From the NCBI RefSeq assembly GCF_000143415.4, contig NW_003314266.1, positions 2,184,486 through 2,248,485 of the forward strand: DNA of 64,000 nucleotides, read 5' to 3'. Of this stretch, positions 63,859-64,000 are shown one piece after another. The translations under genes and the position numbers were made by a program. Each line of letters begins with the position of its first letter. Within the stretch, counting starts at the first letter, position 1. Source of the stretch: Selaginella moellendorffii. Its lineage: Eukaryota; Plantae; Lycopodiophyta. The notes under the pieces were generated by a model that worked only from the letters and a program-made list of their open reading frames with translations, did not search any database and had not been told where the DNA came from.

Positions 63859-64000
63859 TGTGAGTGCATGGAATATGGAAATATAATTCAAAAATGTGCA
63901 TATCAATTAATCCAAAAACCCTAGTATATATACAAAAGCAAATGATCCAAATTAAAACTAATTTGACAGTTACCAAAATCCCACTATACTAATATTAGTA
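63859..64000. mobile_element. LTR of the short-LTR gypsy family (runs off the window)
   Basis: TGTGAGTGCATGGAATATGG...AAAAACCCTAG...AAAATCCCACTAT matches 6143-6270. Confidence 0.88.

Noticed and set aside
1-64000. CRISPR arrays, rRNA and tRNA genes
   Set aside because: None seen. tRNA-complementary bits are retroelement PBSs only.

Overview
Eukaryotic plant nuclear DNA. The ~50-90 bp GT-AG introns, very compact gene spacing, PLS-class PPR gene and class III HD-Zip gene are most consistent with a lycophyte such as Selaginella (inference). All identifications are by eye; no searches were run. 1-3720 is the 3' part of one multi-exon gene that the ORF track fragments. It joins a degenerate beta-class amino-methyltransferase-like domain, an acidic/low-complexity linker and an FCP1/HAD phosphatase-like domain. 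The locus carries repeated 22-bp ATGGCRTG-N6-CAYGCCAT palindromes and is the most unusual feature in the window. 4.1-35 kb is a nest of LTR retroelements: a short-LTR gypsy family with a -1 frameshift signal; a large, apparently non-coding LTR family (LARD-like) that is both tandem and self-nested with a 5-bp TSD; a TRIM with TSD; a Tat/Athila-like pol remnant; and a related 327-bp LTR. A small secreted Cys-rich gene sits at ~9 kb. 36-62.7 kb is gene-rich: Ycf49-like, SMI1/KNR4-like, a duplicated and scrambled region of lectin-like pseudogenes plus fragments of neighbouring genes (42.5-50.6 kb), a PHD-like Zn finger, PPR, a divergent Dof-like ORF, TPR, class III HD-Zip with a miR165/166 site, CASP-like 5, and a probable methyltransferase pseudogene. 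There is one assembly gap (24159-24521).
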